A DNA stretch of 64,000 nucleotides. Source: the human T2T-CHM13v2.0 reference genome, Homo sapiens. The number at the start of each line of letters is the position of its first letter. The first letter of the stretch is position 1. Position numbers and translations under genes: made by a program. Under the pieces are notes generated by a model, which was not told where the DNA came from, made no database searches, and was given only the letters and a program-made list of their open reading frames with translations. The stretch lies in assembly GCF_009914755.1 (NCBI RefSeq), contig NC_060927.1; one strand, 5' to 3'. Positions 24,800 through 45,012 of the stretch are shown in pieces.

Positions 24800-26809
24800 T
24801 TATTGTACAAAGTTACATTTATGATTTATTCCTAGGATTATAATTATTATTACATTCCAAATACTGAGTCCTTTCTATGTGTCAGTTACCCTGTATGCAT
24901 TATCTAATTTTATTCTACAGCCATTCTATGAAGTAGGTATTATAATTATGAACTGATTTACAAGTGAGTTAGCCAAGACTCTGGGCCATTAAATATCCTG
25001 CCCATTGTCCTCAGACAGAGGAGCCATGTGTCAAGCTCATGTCTTGAGCACAATTCCTTAGATACAGCGTTATAATAAACTCCTTTCAAGAGATGCAATG
25101 AGTGGACATTTTCTCTACATAACATGTGAATAAGACACATTGAGGAATGCCATTAGGACTTGCCCAAGTAAGGACAGAGAGGATACACTAGCGACATTTT
25201 AATCCCTGATTGTATTTGAAATCTGCCAAGTACAAAATAAACATCAAAGGCAGCTGTGGCAGCCAGATGTCTTCTTTGTTTCTTCTCATGTGAGCCTTCT
25301 CCCTGCTCAAGAAGCATGAAGCTAAGTGTGATCTAAAAGGCTATCTCTGCTGCCCATTCATTCTTTGGCCTTTGTACAAACACTGCCAGCAGTACATCAC
25401 TTAGAACAGCACAGCACAGCAATGATTTCTATAACAGAAACATTAATCAATTAAAACCGGAAGTAAGCCAGCAAACACATTTTACTGAGCTCACCAGCAA
25501 GTCATCATCGCATAGATCATCAGATAGAAATGTTTCTTGACTAAAAAACAAAAAGAAAACTAAATTGTGAGTTGGTGACCAGGTACCAGGCCTTGTTTTG
25601 TCTACTTGTGTACTAGAATATTCTCTCCCTTTCTATTTCACTAGTCACATGATGACCACAAGTCATAGAGTAATATTTTTTAACTTACTGCATAAATGGT
25701 GGGGTTTATCACTTTAGTTTCTGTCACCTTAAAAAAAATATGGTTTCTTCAAAGAATTTAGATAATCACCAATGGGAAAAAAATGAATACTTCTCATGGT
25801 AAATGGAGGAAACAAAGAAGGAAGTAAGCCAAGCAAGGTGTCAGTGAAATTTATAGGCTTTTGACCTGGGAGAGTAGTTATCTTAGGAAATTTACTGTGA
25901 AATTGACTATAGTTTAACCTGGTATTTTGATAGCTCAAAGAAACCATATTGGATTATTTAAACTGGAATGATTTGCTCTATCCCTATTTTCTCAAAGGAA
26001 GTCAAATAAAAAGCATCCATATGGTTCTCATTTGCACTGCTATAAAAACTCATATTTAGGTGGCATGACACTGCAATATACCTGGTATAAAAAGCAGCAT
26101 TTTTGAGCACTTTCTATTTGTCAGGCACTTTTCAGAACAGTTTTTTTTATATTAACTAACTTAACACATAGGTCACAGTGTGGTTAAGTAACTTGACCAA
26201 AGTCAGTAAGAGGTGGACCTACCTTCTCAGCCATTACGTTCTACTTCTTAAATATCACAATATGTTAAATGTTTATTCAGCAATTTAATAATTTTAAAAA
26301 ATTATTACCAATTTCAAAAGCATGAGTATAATCCATTTGATATTAAGATAATATCAATAAGGACGTTTAAAAATATACTTGTGTAAGTCTAGCCTTTATA
26401 TTAGAAAGACCACCCCCCCCCTCCATGACCCTAGGAGTCTTTTTAGAAGTAAAGTAAGGGAGGAGAGATTTAATTTTAGTCACTCTCCTTTTTAGTGTGA
26501 CAGAGAAACCTGAACGTTGTTACAATGGAGAATTGCCCTGTTGCCAATTGCGAATGTCTCCATTACTGAGTACTTAGGAGAAGACTATGGACTTGTTGAT
26601 GAGATAAACATGCTCAAAATTTGACATGGGCATCCAGTTCTGATCAACAATAATACTTTCTCTTATTGCTCCCAGAATGCCTTACTCCAAATAGAAATAG
26701 GAACAATATCAGTAAACACTCGTTGCTGTCCTAAGCATCACTTTCTGCCTTGATGGCAGTGGGGCCAGCCAAAGAGTCACTGTCAGCTGATTGTGGGTGA
26801 GTGTTTAGA

Positions 26810-27030
26810 CAGGATTCTTTAAGTGATGACCGTCACAAACACAACCCAAAATATCTATCAAAAAAAAAGGAAATTTATTGAATCACATAGCTGAAAATTC
26901 CAGAAGCCTCTTGTTTTAGACAATGCTAGATCCAGATACCAATAAAAATCAGTTATCATTAGAAATCTCCCTCAGCTCTACTTCCCTCTGTGTTTTATTT
27001 TCAGAACATTCTCCATGATATCAGAGAATG
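26810..27030 (-). mobile_element. MLT1-like LTR fragment
   Basis: aaaaggaaatttattgaatcacatagctgaaaattccag motif. Confidence 0.5.
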
Positions 27031-27333
27031 GTATCACACCCACATAAAATAATATTTTGACCAAAAGAAGACAGAGATGCCCGGCAGTAGGAAATAGCAG
27101 ACTACAGTGTGCCATGATTTCTTGAACGATAACAGGCTTATTTTCGATGGGGTGGCTATCAGTGTTGGAGCCTTTACTCTTCCTGGAAAAAACTGCAGTT
27201 GCAAATGCCTTTTTCTCATCCTTCTGCTCTCACCTTATTCTTCTCTCATATCATTGGCACCAGTATATATACCTGGTCATCAAACCCAGAATTCCAATAT
27301 CATCCTTCTTTCTCACTAAGACCTTTATTTCTT

Positions 27334-29630
<2,297 letters not shown>

Positions 29631-29639
29631 TTACTTCTT

Positions 29640-30545
29640 AAATAGTTTTTTCAAATCAATCCAACTTATCCCTATTACTGTTTCTCTCCCTTGGATAATA
29701 ACAGTGGTATTATAATTAGTCTTTCTGACTCCTATCTTGTCCCTTCAAATCCATTCTCCGTGTTGTTGCCACTATAATCAGTCTGAAACACAAATTCTGC
29801 CATGCCACTTCCCTGCTTTAAAATTATCAAGGGCTTACAATTGTTGTCAGAATAATATCCAAGCGATTTTACCTGCTGCGTGTGAATAGTATACACTTCT
29901 AGAATTTTGCTGCATCAAATGTTGCCATTAGCTATATGTAGCAATGTAGTTTTAACTTCAATTGAAATTAATTAAATAAAATTTAAACTTCATGTCTTCA
30001 GCTTCACTAGTCACATTTCAAATGCCCAATAGCCACAGGTGGCCAGAGGCTATGTATCACACAGTGCAAACATAGATCATTTCCATCTTCATAGAAAGTC
30101 TTAATAGTGCTGAGGTTCCATGGCCTCATATCTGTCCACTACCCAACTATTTTCTTAAAATAGTGCTGAACAACTGGTAGTTTTTGAGTGAGTCATACAT
30201 ATTCATGTCTCTGTAGCTTTGCTCCTTCTAGTACTGTTTGGATTGCTCTTCATGTATTGCTAGATAATAGCCACTGAACATTCTTTAAGAGTCAGCAAAA
30301 GTGTCACCTTCTCTAGAAGCCAACTCTGAAAAGTGGGCTTCAGCCAAGCGTTTTCAAGGTATTCTGTGCATTTGCTCACCTAACCATATCACAGAAATAT
30401 TATCTGGTTTGTGCCTGACTTCCTAAGTGACAACAATGGAACAAACAAACAAAAATGTCTTGTTCTGTGTTGTTTTATCAGCACCAGGCAAAATCTGTGG
30501 CATGTAGCAAGTGCTCTGATATATGTTTTCTGAAATGTAATAAAT
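29640..30545 (+). mobile_element. L2 remnant interrupted by a MER3-like element (~29900-30112)
   Basis: L2 motifs caaatccattctc and catgccacttccctgctttaaaa, 3' end catgtagcaagtgctc; MER3-like ctagtcacatttcaaatgcccaatagccacaggtggc. Confidence 0.7.
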
Positions 30546-32019
30546 CATGTAAAGAGGCAAATTAAGCATTTTAACCTCATTAAACAAACAAAATACCTAC
30601 TTTAATTTTTGCAATTAATGTAAGCAGTAGCTATCCTTGATTTTGTACTTGTCTCTAGTCCTGGCCTAACCTCAATTCAACTCCAACATCATATGTCAGC
30701 CTCAGACCATATTCACCCTAGAGCTGTTTTCCTAATTTCTTTACTTACTTAACACAGGGCAAACCTAAGGAATGAGTTGAAGTAAGAGGATCTAGGTTGA
30801 ACACCTTTTCCAAGAATAACAATACAGAAGGAAAGTTTACATTGTTGTAGGTTGCCTCAGTGTCATACATTCCTCAGAATATTTTTACCCACGAGAGATC
30901 ATATTTCTTCTTTATATGAAGCACTGATGGATACAGTATCCATGAAAATAAGAGGGCCCACTTTTCTAGAGATATAACATGGTTCACTTAAAACATGTTT
31001 AGGGACGGGAAGCCCAGCATTTTCACTTGAAACTGTTCTCTTCTTTTTATGTTTAGATTTCCCACATACCTTAGCGTAGATGGAGGTTCCCCCACAAAAA
31101 GTATATATGGCTACTTCTCCTTCTTCTTCCTTTCCAGGAGAAACTGGGAGAGAAGTGGCATTCCAAAGGGACTCTGCAAGACTGTCCCATGAGCTTTGGT
31201 AGGTTTTGCATAATTTAGAACCTAATATCCCAGCAATTCAGTTAAACATTTTGCATGTCAGTCTAAATAGCATCTAAATCTTTTGTTCTTTGACATTTAA
31301 CATCATTCTGTTCATTCCAGTAAAGGTTGTTGCCTTTTTTTTTCAATGACTTTCTGACCTGTCTTTAAAGTCAGCATTCCAATCAGTCTCCACTGACGTA
31401 CAGAGAATAGTGACATATTGACTTTTACAAGAAATGAATCAAAAGGTGACAGAATATGAATCGATGGAACCTTAGCACTAAATTTTCCATATAAATGCAA
31501 GTGTCAACTAAACAAAGGGCTTGCCTCTTTGCATAGTCAATGCTAGGTGGTTTATCCACATAATACACACTTGAGTCAAAACTCTGCATAACCTTGGCCT
31601 GGTGCTCCAGTGGAATTGTGGGTCATAATTTTTTTAAATATAAAGTTGACTTTTACTTGAACACTTGATCGTTTAAATTAGTCCTACCCAGTTCTAATTT
31701 TAGCTATGAAATGATGAATGGAATGAAACCTCAGAAATTTCCAATACATTGCAAAATACAGATTACTTAAGTTACTTCATCTTTAAACTTCCTTGGAGCT
31801 TGCTTTCGTCTGCATTTACATGGGTATTCTGATGTTCCCATTATACTGCTAGTACTCCAGCCCATTAGACACTCATTCTTCCATTGTCAAATTCTATTTC
31901 GTGTTTCATTCTGCAGAGTCCCTTGACTGTTTCCGGTTTTCTCTAGGTCTTCTTTCCATAATCCAAGAGACCCACACCAATTAATAAGTCATTAATATTA
32001 ATTATAATAATGCTAATGT

Positions 32020-32290
32020 TAGCAAGAGTTTATTGTACGTTTAGTTTATGTCAGTCACTATGCTTAGAAGTGTATCCAAATTATCTCAGGCAATCCTCAA
32101 AACAATTCCATACAGATAGTATTTTACTGCTATTTATCCACATTTTAGAGATAACAAAATTGAGACAAAGAGAGGCTATTTAAGTATCACATCCATGGTC
32201 ACACATCTAGTAAATGTCAACGCTTTCTCATTCAAGCCCAGGACTGCCAAATTTCAAAATCCAAGCTCCTAAACAGATACTCCTATTCCC
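32020..32290 (-). mobile_element. MIR
   Basis: cacattttagagataacaaaattgagaca..ggtcacacatctagtaaatg..attcaagcccagg. Confidence 0.75.
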
Positions 32291-33255
32291 CATTCTGATG
32301 TATTCAAGTTTAATTTTTGAACTATAAAAAAATCTATTTCCATGTCACAGTGTTTAAGAATATATCAACAATGTACATTATGTCAATCTTATCATTTGAA
32401 AATTATTTTAAAATAAGACACAAATATTAGCTAATGCACATTTACTTTTCCCTTTCTGACCTTAATATATTTAGTTATAAATTCTAATCTCTATAAAACC
32501 ATTACCATAACTAAGAAATATCAGCCAAACATTATATGAAAATAGTTTTTTTTTAAGACTGTCAGTTGATAACGGAAAAGAAAGGAGCAAGAGTGTTATT
32601 GAGAAGTTATATTACTGCACAAAGTAGAGGATTGCTTTGTGATAGATTCTCTTTGAATCTGAGAAGTCATTATTTCTAACAGTACATTTCAGATAACACA
32701 TGCAATTAAAATGTCTTCTTTAATTATCACTAAAGAAAATTATTTCAAAGGACAGCAGCCTATAGAGGTACTTTGCCATGACAGACAAACTTAACAAAAA
32801 GGATGAAGAAAGAAGAACGCAATGGATAAGGAATGTAAACAAATTTATGAAAGAAATAAAATAAAGGGTGGCAAGTGAATTAGCAAGGTGGAATAAGTAA
32901 CAACTAAAAGCCTACAGGATATTGACGTAGGAGTGGGAACTAAAAACGAAGGAAAACAGAATTAGTTTTGAGTGTTACATGGCGGATGAACCACATAATC
33001 CTCACCCACTCTGAGCAACACGGAAATGATGGTCTATCTTATCTCCATCTGGCAGGAGAGAGGAGGGATAGTTTCTAGAGATACAAAAAAAAAAAAAAAG
33101 ATTTTTGACCTCAGGCCCGCAAGTACAGTGAACGTCTGGGGTAAAGTATGAGTTTAAAAAAGGGCGGAGATACAGAAGAGTCTCAATGCCAAATTGTAGA
33201 ACCCTGCTCATAGGACTCTAGAAAAGGTTGACAAAACCATGCCCCCAAGCCCTCC

Positions 33256-33572
33256 TTTTTTTCTTTCTTTCTTTTCTTTTTTTTTTTTTTGAGACAGGGT
33301 CTCACTCTGTTGCATAGACTGGAGTGTAGTGGCACAATTTTGGGTGACGGCAACCTCCGCCTCCCAGGCTCAAGCAATTCTCCTGCCTCAGCCTCCTGAG
33401 TAGCTGGGATTACAGGTGCACACCACCACACCCAGCTAATTTTTGCATTTTTAGTAGAGACGGGGTTCTACCATGTTGGTCAGGCTGGTCTCGAACTCCT
33501 GACCTCAAAAGATCCACCCGCCTCGGCCTCCCAAAATGCTGGGATTACAGGCGTGAGCCACCGCGCCCAGCC
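33256..33572 (-). mobile_element. AluS (Sx-like)
   Basis: Poly-T followed by reverse-complement dimer ending ccgcgcccagcc. Confidence 0.95.
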
Positions 33573-33599
33573 GCCGTCCTCTTACCATAAGCATTAAGG

Positions 33600-34860
33600 C
33601 AACAGAAAACTAGAAAAATGTTCTCTGGAAGAACTGAATAATTACAGGGAAACAATCTTTGCATACTCTCATTGAGAGTCCAGCTGATTGTGCAATGACT
33701 CAGCAGTGAAGTCCACAGAACCACAAATACCCCCTTTGCCCATCAGTCTTCAACCTTTTAACCAGGTTTTTATTCTTTCATTCTTACATATGTACAGACA
33801 CGTAGACAGCTGATGAAAGCCTTCAATGTCGGGGAAAAACAACTACCAGAAAATGGAGGGCAAAAAAGATACAAAATAAGGTAAGGCTAACATTTTCAAA
33901 AACCTCAAATTTATGTCCTCAAACAAGTAAGAAAATGTATTGGGTTAAGAGGACAGTAAGAGAGAAAGAGAAAGAAAGAATAAGTCAAAGAAAAAAGATA
34001 GCTCTTATAACTTAAAATTGGATAATCAAAATAAAATTTAGGCAGCAAAGTGGAATAATAGTATAACAGTTGAGGAATATCCCAGAGTAGAATAAAAAGA
34101 TAAATAAATGAAAGATACTGGAACAGTATGAGAAAATCAAAAGGTAATTACAAAAGATTTGATATTTAGATAACAGAAATTTTAGTAAAGGAAATAAAAG
34201 CAAAAGAATTATATATTTTTCTAAAAAGTGGAAATGTTCCAGATTGAAGGACTGATGGGATTAGCTGAAGATAAACCTGCATTATGAAATTTCAGAATTC
34301 TAGAGATTAAGAAAACTTCTAAATATTTTCTGCATGGACTGAATTGTGTCCCCCAAAATTCATATGTTGAAACCTTAACCCCCAATGTGACAATCTTTGG
34401 AATAAGGAAGTAATTAAAGTAAAACGAGGTCATACGGGTGGGGCCTCAATCGGATAATATTGGTGTCTTTATAAGAATAGACATCAGAAAGCTTGCTCTT
34501 TCTCTTCTCCATGTGAAGAAACAGCAAGAAGGTGATGGTCTGCAAGACAGACAGCCCTCACCAGAAACCAAATCACCTGGAACCTTAGTCTTGGACTTCC
34601 CAGCCTCCAGAACTGTAAGAAATCAAGAGCTATTGTTTAGGTCACTCAGTCTTTAGTATTTTGTAATTTTAGTCCCAGCACACTAATACACTTTCATAGA
34701 GGAAAAATAATCACATGCAAAGGATAGGGATCAAAATAACATCAGACTTTCCAACAGTAACTTTGGATGCCAGAATACAATACAGCAACATCTTTAAACA
34801 TTGAGAGATAAGTGACTCTGAACCTAGAATCATAACCAGATATGGGGTTATCGACTAGAA
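33600..34860 (+). mobile_element. HAL1/L1M ORF1-like remnant
   Basis: A-rich; aacatcagactttccaacagtaactttggatgccagaa..gaacctagaat resembles L1 ORF1 C-terminal (DFS..TL.AR..PRI). Confidence 0.6.
34331..34690 (+). mobile_element. MLT1A-type solo LTR
   Basis: tgcatggactgaattgtgtcccccaaaattcatatgttgaa...ctaataca; TSD ttttc/ctttc. Confidence 0.9.
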
Positions 34861-35289
34861 TCCAGACTGGGGTTTTCCAGAGTAAGTGGACATGCAGCAA
34901 GCAATTAATCTCCATCAGTTTAAGTTTAGGGTATTTTGCCATAGCAAAACTAATGTATTGAAAATTTATGTCAGATAATTGTATGTTCTAGTCACTTTAA
35001 TATTTCTAGTCACTGTAATATTTCCATTTCTGACATAAGGTGTACCACCCAGTACCATCTCTCCCTATTTCTAACAAATATGTAGCACTCTCACATAAAG
35101 TATCTTAAAAGGCAACTTTAAATCAAATCATGTACTTTCATTCTACACTTTATTGGAGATCTAATATCTGGACATGCCCAACAATCCCTCAAAGTTCCTC
35201 AGATTTTCAGTTAATGCTTAATTTTTTATTGTATCCAAGGTATTCCCTTTTGGATAGGGATACAGTGATCCCAATCCGCCTTTGAATAG

Positions 35290-35587
35290 TTTATTTATTT
35301 ATGTATTTATTCATTTATTTTTGAGACAGAGTCTTGTTCTCCACCCAGGCTGGAGTGCAGAGGTGCAATCTCAGCGTCCTGGCTCAAGTGACCCTCCCAC
35401 CGCAGCCTCCTACGTATCTGGCACTAGAGGTGCGTACCACCATGCCTAGCTAAATTTTGTATTTTTTATTGAGATGAGGGTCTCACCATGTCACCTAGAC
35501 TGGTCTCGAACTCCTGAGCTCAAGCAATCCCCCTGCCTAGGCCTCCCAAAGTGCTGGGAGTACAGACATGAGCCATCATGCCCAGCA
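35290..35587 (-). mobile_element. AluJ-like element with small deletion
   Basis: (TTTA)n tail; gaactcctgagctcaagcaatcc. Confidence 0.9.
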
Positions 35588-35849
35588 CCTCCCTCTCACA
35601 TATTTGATACTTGATTAAGAAACTTGAACTCACTGTGCAGCTTAGCAGCTTATAATTTAGCTATTGCTTAGTTAACTGTAGTCTTGTTTGAATGATATAC
35701 TATTTTGGCATTTGGAGTACTCTCAACTATTTTAAGTTTGCTCAAGGAAGAGACAATAGGTTTTAATTTCTTTTCAGACATTAACACAATTTTAAACACA
35801 ATAGGTAGGCACAAAATAGGCACTTACTAAAGGTTTGCTCAATAAATTA

Positions 35850-36200
<351 letters not shown>

Positions 36201-37334
36201 TTACCCAGAAAATACCATCAATGACTTCTGTGTTATAGATTATTAAATATTGTCAATATTTTGAGGAGGCTTCACCCTTTGTCCATGCATGAATCTGAAT
36301 CATCTGACTTCACTGTCATCTGGTGTGACCTAGGAATGGAAACTAGTTTTAACACCAGCTCAGGCAGAATATAAATATGAAAGTAATTTCCTGAAAGAAA
36401 ACTATTGCATCCTAAGGCTAAATGTTAATGACTTCATATTTTCCAGGTTTATGCATTATCTCAGCCACATTTCCCTGTTAATTTATATATTATATAATGG
36501 TAGAGTGAGAATAAACACTGGAGAGCACTTAGTCCAGCAAAGTATTTTTTGCATGAGATGGAGTGACGTGCCCAGAGTCACATGACTTGATAATGATAAC
36601 AGAAGCAGTGGGGCCAGTGTAATCAGATTCCAGTGCATGTACCTCCCAGTGACCTAAGAGTTGGATGATGTCATTTCTCTTGTGGAGGTTTTTTTTTTTT
36701 TTTTGTATGTAGAGATCGAGCGCCATGTCTATCACAAAGCATATGAGCTGATGTTTCCTGGACTTAACGTATATAACACTAAATTTCAGGAAAATAATTT
36801 AGCAAGGTAGCTAAATGCTTCTGTATATAGGAAATGCTGGGTACTGCACAGCATAATCAAGACATTTTGTTTCTAAATCTAATTCTGCAAAATTTCCCTT
36901 CCATTTCGCCTTCTAATTTTCTATTAGAATAAAGCAATAAGGTAAAATATATTAATCAAAGTCATCAGTTCAGGAGAACAGGAACCCCTAGAATTATTCA
37001 AACCATCGACTTGGATGAGGTAGTTCACATTATTAAATTAATTTGAAGAGTCATTAATTAACTTCCTTGCATTTTTAAATTTCATAGTAACATGTTCAAG
37101 GATGATAGAGCATTGAACTTCATTAGCTGATTGTTTGACTCAGTATTTATAGAAGACTGCTACTTATTCAGAAATTCAGTTATTTGTAACACTGTTTTTC
37201 TTACTGTTACATTTTAATGAATCTCATGTCTTATTGTCAGACTCACTCACATTCGATAAAGGGTAGTGGTAGGAGCTATCTTTTATTTCTATTAATCTCT
37301 TTCCCGAGGTTCATTAGCAGGGAATTCTTTCCTG

Positions 37335-39918
<2,584 letters not shown>

Positions 39919-39991
39919 CTGTGAGTATATTCTTTCTTCTTTCTGCTGCGTGAATTGAAACCCTGTGTGCAGGGTAAGGAGTGAATCCCAC

Positions 39992-40050
39992 TTAGATAGT
40001 GACTAGCGAGCAGCAGCAATAAACCTACACTAAGGCGTACCTTCAAACAT
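39992..40050 (-). pseudogene. Signal-peptide-like first coding exon remnant
   Basis: ATG at 40050 lies one base out of frame with LKVRLSVGLLLLLASHYL; possible donor A|GTGGGA. Confidence 0.45.
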
Positions 40051-40917
40051 ACTTATTCTACTTCTTCTTTGCACTGTTAATACTGGCCTTTCCTGACTTC
40101 AGCCTGGATTATCCATTGCCTGACTGGGAAAGGCAGATTGTTAGAACATAAATGAAAGAAAGAGTCAGTGCTCGGTTTCTGAGCTCCAGAATAGGCCCTT
40201 GAAGCTCCTTTTGAGGGCAATCTTTGTGAAACAAAGCTTTTAATTTGCCAGATCCTGGCTCTCTAAAAAGAATGAACACATTTATATCTTTATAGATATA
40301 AACTGGAGTTTCTTCCACAATGTAGGAAAGCCTCCTGTTCTACAGAATCACCCCCTAAAATAATAAGATTTTTTGAAAGAACAAGATGGAACAGTAAAAA
40401 CCTATGTAACTTTGTAATCAAAGAACTGATAAAAATAAAAATAATCCTAATGTAAGTAAATATTAATGTAGTGAAATTTCCACTGACCTTGGCACCTAAC
40501 ATGATAGGTGATCAAATTTTTATAATATAAAGTTCATACCTCTTTCTCCAAGATAAATTTCTTTGGAGACATTTACTTCCAATTGAGACCAGTTTTATCG
40601 AAATAAACAACATAGACCTCTGCATAAATCAATTTTTTTCTAAACAGAGAGAAATGTCTTTGCAGATTCATTTGCATGTGCAGTTTTAGCAGAGAAATTG
40701 TGGAAAGTTTAGTGGTTCTCGAAGCCACTAAACAGCCACAGTTGGCACAAATGGAAATCACTTATGCAGTATTTTCTCTTTCCTGAAGGTTTTCTTTTTT
40801 AATTCTGGAAAAGCCTGTCTCAGATTACTTCAAAATATTAACATACTGAGAAAGTCAAATACCAATTAATGCAATTTCCACATTTTGCTGATATTCTTTT
40901 CTTCTGTTTGTTAATTC

Positions 40918-41056
40918 TATGTATATGTATATAGCTATGTATATGTATTTATATTTATATATGTATGTGTGTATATATGTATGTATATTTCCATATGTAT
41001 GTGTGTATGTGTATCTGTATGTATATATATTTATATGTGTGTATATGTATGTATGG

Positions 41057-41095
<39 letters not shown>
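40918..41095 (+). repeat. Compound (TATG/TA)n plus (CA)n microsatellite
   Basis: Direct reading. Confidence 0.95.
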
Positions 41096-41097
<2 letters not shown>

Positions 41098-41112
41098 ATG
41101 CAGTATACACGT

Positions 41113-41520
41113 ATGTCAGCTCAGTTCCTGCAAGAAGCAGACACTTCATTCAAGAAATTTACTGGAGGGAATAGACCTGTGAAGGAGAAACGGAGAAAGA
41201 GAAGGAGTAAGCAGGGAGAGTCTTTATACCACAAGTTAGGTTTGACACCTGGGAAGGGGAAAGAAGAGAAGAATTGGGCAGAAAGAGTCTCAGACCACAG
41301 CTCAGGTTTGAAAACTTCTCTCCCAAGCCAATGACGAGATCCCCGAACAAGCTACCTATGCAGAATCCTTCACTGGGCAGGAATGGGCTGGCACTGGTGC
41401 CCTCACTCTCCTCAGTCACTGGCTGGCTGAAGTGCGTGGGAGTTGAGGCCTCCACATTCTCTGGAGTAGCAGCTTGAGCTCTTAGTCAACTGGGCTCTCC
41501 ATAGCAAGCTGTCTTGAAAT
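41113..41520 (-). mobile_element. Old MaLR (MLT1-like) LTR
   Basis: gaagcagacac..caagaaatttactggagggaat..cctgtgaagga..cagtcactggctgg. Confidence 0.55.
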
Positions 41521-42734
41521 ATCTGAGTGGCTCATCCTGATGGCTCCATTAACAAATATCCACCCAACTCGCCTCCAGCACACATACATGCTTGCACACA
41601 TTTTTTTCTCCAAATTGGAAGGCCCTGATTTAGAAGGACATAAAGAGTATCCATAAATACCTTGGAAAGCAGACAGAAGAGACATTTCTTGCTGGACAAA
41701 CTAAGAAAAGGAGGTATGTGAAGAGGGTGCTTATAAAGCATCTTGAATCTGGAGAAATCTTGGAGGAGTCTAGTCCAGACCACTCAACTGGTGCTTGAGC
41801 AAGTGACTGATTCCACACCCGGGGTCTGGGATGACAATGGGAGCTGAACCTATTGCAAAGTGTCAGTCAATCACAATGTTACTGAATTCTACACATTGTG
41901 CCAACCAAAAAGCTATATTAGCCACACTTTACTGTGTTTCTGGGGAGAGAATATCTGTAAAAGTTGCTTGTATGTTGATCTTTTAGCAGAAATGTTGCCC
42001 CCTTGCACCATCTTTACAAATAATACCAACACCAAAATATTAGATAATTTTCCTACCCAGTGCCCTAGGGCATTTGAAACAGACTGCTTAAGACGCTTAG
42101 GCTGGGTGGGGGTTGGGGAGGGTGGGAGCGGTGGGGGAGTGGTGGGAGGAGCATTGGTATGGAAGGAAAATCACACAATGCCCACTCCCCAAATACACCC
42201 TTAACCTTGATGAAATTAAACAGGAACATCTGTGATTCCTCTCTGTACTATTCCCCTAGAAAATGCTGAGTTAAACCCCCTATTTCCAGATATCTGTCGT
42301 ACATGATGTTAGTGACTACTTGCTGTCACATAAGGAGAGAAGCAGCATTATTAGGAAGTAATAAAAGTACCTATGTTTATAATACATAAACTCCAAGAGA
42401 ACACTGTGCTGTAGTAGTATTTATAAAACAATAGTTTTGTAAAGGCTCTGAGCATATTTTTTTACTAAATTCAAGCATCTGCCATATGATTAGCCCTCAC
42501 TATATCTGACAGAAGTAATAAACGAATAACGTCTGGCCACGTACCATCTGCAGATAGCTTTGGTTTGGCCGGCGTGGTCAGTCTTTAAGAAAATGAGTCA
42601 CTATAAGGAGCACTAACAGTACTGGCCTAGCACTCTTACTAGTCGACCATGAATTGAAGTGGGTAGGGGTAAATGTTCTGCCAGCCCCATTGAATCAGAC
42701 ATGCACATCTGAGCTGGTCTCTTGCACTCACAGA

Positions 42735-43497
42735 TAACACAGATAAAAGGAAACATATCCCATGCTCATGGATGGGTAGAATCAATATAGTGAAAATGAC
42801 CATACTGCCAAAAATAATCTACAAATTCAATTCCCTTCAAAATACCATCATCATTCTTCACAGAACTAGAAGAAACAATCCTAAAATTTATACGGAACAA
42901 AAAAAAAAAAAAAAAAAAAGAGCCTGCATAGCAAAAGCAAGACTAAGCAAAAAGAACAAATCTGGAGGTATCACATTATCCAACTTCATGCTAATATTAT
43001 AAGGCTATAGTCACCAAAACAGCATGGTACTGGTATAAAAATAGGCACAAAGAACAATAGAAGCAGAATAGAGAATCCAGAAATAAAGCCAAATACTTAC
43101 AGCCAACTGATCTTCAACAAAGTAAACAAAAACATAGAGTGGGGAAAGGACACCCTAATCAACAAATGATGCTGGGATAATTGGCAAGCCACATGTAGGA
43201 GAATGAAACTGGATCCTCATCTCTCACCTTATACAAAAATCTACTCAAGATAGATCAAAGACTTAAATCCAAGACCTGAAACAAAACAAAACAAAAAAAT
43301 CTAAAAGACAATGTCAGAAAAACTCTTCTAAACATTGGCTTAGGCAAAGAATTTATGACCAAGAACACAAAAACAAATGCAACAGAAACAAAAATAAATA
43401 GATGGGGCCTAATTAAACTAAAAAGCTTCTGCACAGCAAAAGAAATAATCGTCATGGTAAACAGATAACCCACAGAGTGGGAGAAAATATTTGCACT
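42735..43497 (+). mobile_element. L1PB ORF2 fragment
   Basis: [23 protein letters not shown], ggatcctcatctctcacc. Confidence 0.9.
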
Positions 43498-44696
43498 CAG
43501 TTTTGTTACCTGCCTTGTCCTTCTAGACATCTGTGTCTAAGAAATAATCAAAAAGTGTGTAATCCAAAAGAGGGTGTGTTCTTTTTCCCTTTTCCCAGCA
43601 GTCTGTCCTTGCTAATTATATTTAGAATGAGTTAAATATTAAAGATTGCATTCCCAGAGCACACAGCCTTGCAGAAATTGACCATAGACATTATGCATAG
43701 TGGGACTAGACGAAGATTTAAATTCTTCTGTACATTGAAAGGTAATTTTCTGCATACTGAAAATAATTTAGACATAGTAATTGAGACTGTATGGCATTCA
43801 GCATTCTAAAAATCCTAAATTTAGTAGATAACTAAAAGTCAAATACTTTATGATCAAATACCTTTAAAATAATTTTGTTTTATTATAGAATTACATAGAA
43901 AGAAAAAATCTACAATCTATTTCATTTTTAAAAGAGAAGTTTAGTGTTTGTTATATATGTTGTCGTCTTTGTCATCAAAAACCAGGTGAAAAACAGGCTG
44001 GACGTTTGCAGACACTGAGATACCCAAAACCCAGTTAATACACAGCTGCCTTCCCAATCCTCAATTTAATTTTACCTTCATCCCCATTTTAGTATCAAAT
44101 CCTGGGAATCTTCAGTTCAGACACCTCTGCAGGTGCCACACATAACTAACCTTTCAATAAGATTAACTGCCAGACTGTGACATTTGATGTGTGATAATGC
44201 AAGGCTTTGTGAATTTTAAATGATTCTGCAGATGAATTTGAGATACAGTAAAGCCTTCATTAGATATAATTTAAGGACCAACCACTAAACAATATTAATT
44301 GCAGAAACTCTTAAAGATATAAGCATAAAAAAGTTAATTTGTGGAGGAGAGTCAAACATTTGGACATTTTTCACGGGGTATCCTAAATGACAAGACTTAT
44401 ACAGACGGAGGAACTTTAGTTGTCATCATCACTATGGAGCACTTTGTACAGAACACCTACTGAGAGAAGAAAAATGGTGCAATACTCTTCCTTTACCCAC
44501 TGAAAAAGTAATAATAACAACAATGAAAGTAGCAAAGACTGATTGAAAATAGTTTATGCTAGGTACTATCCTAAGTGCTTTATGTATATTAATTCCATCC
44601 TCATAATTATCCAGTCACCTAGCTTCTTTTGAGTTTTCATATTAGAAATGAAGCAACTGATGCTCAGAGAATGTAAATGTCTGAAATAAAGTGGAA

Positions 44697-45012
<316 letters not shown>

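Noticed and set aside
31138-31198. Plus-strand exon-like unit (ttcctttccAG...TTG|GTAGGT)
   Set aside because: Isolated, with no recognisable peptide; such motifs arise by chance in 64 kb. A lncRNA exon cannot be excluded.
40855-41334. Overlapping ORFs rich in Y/M/C/V/H/T
   Set aside because: Translations of a microsatellite.
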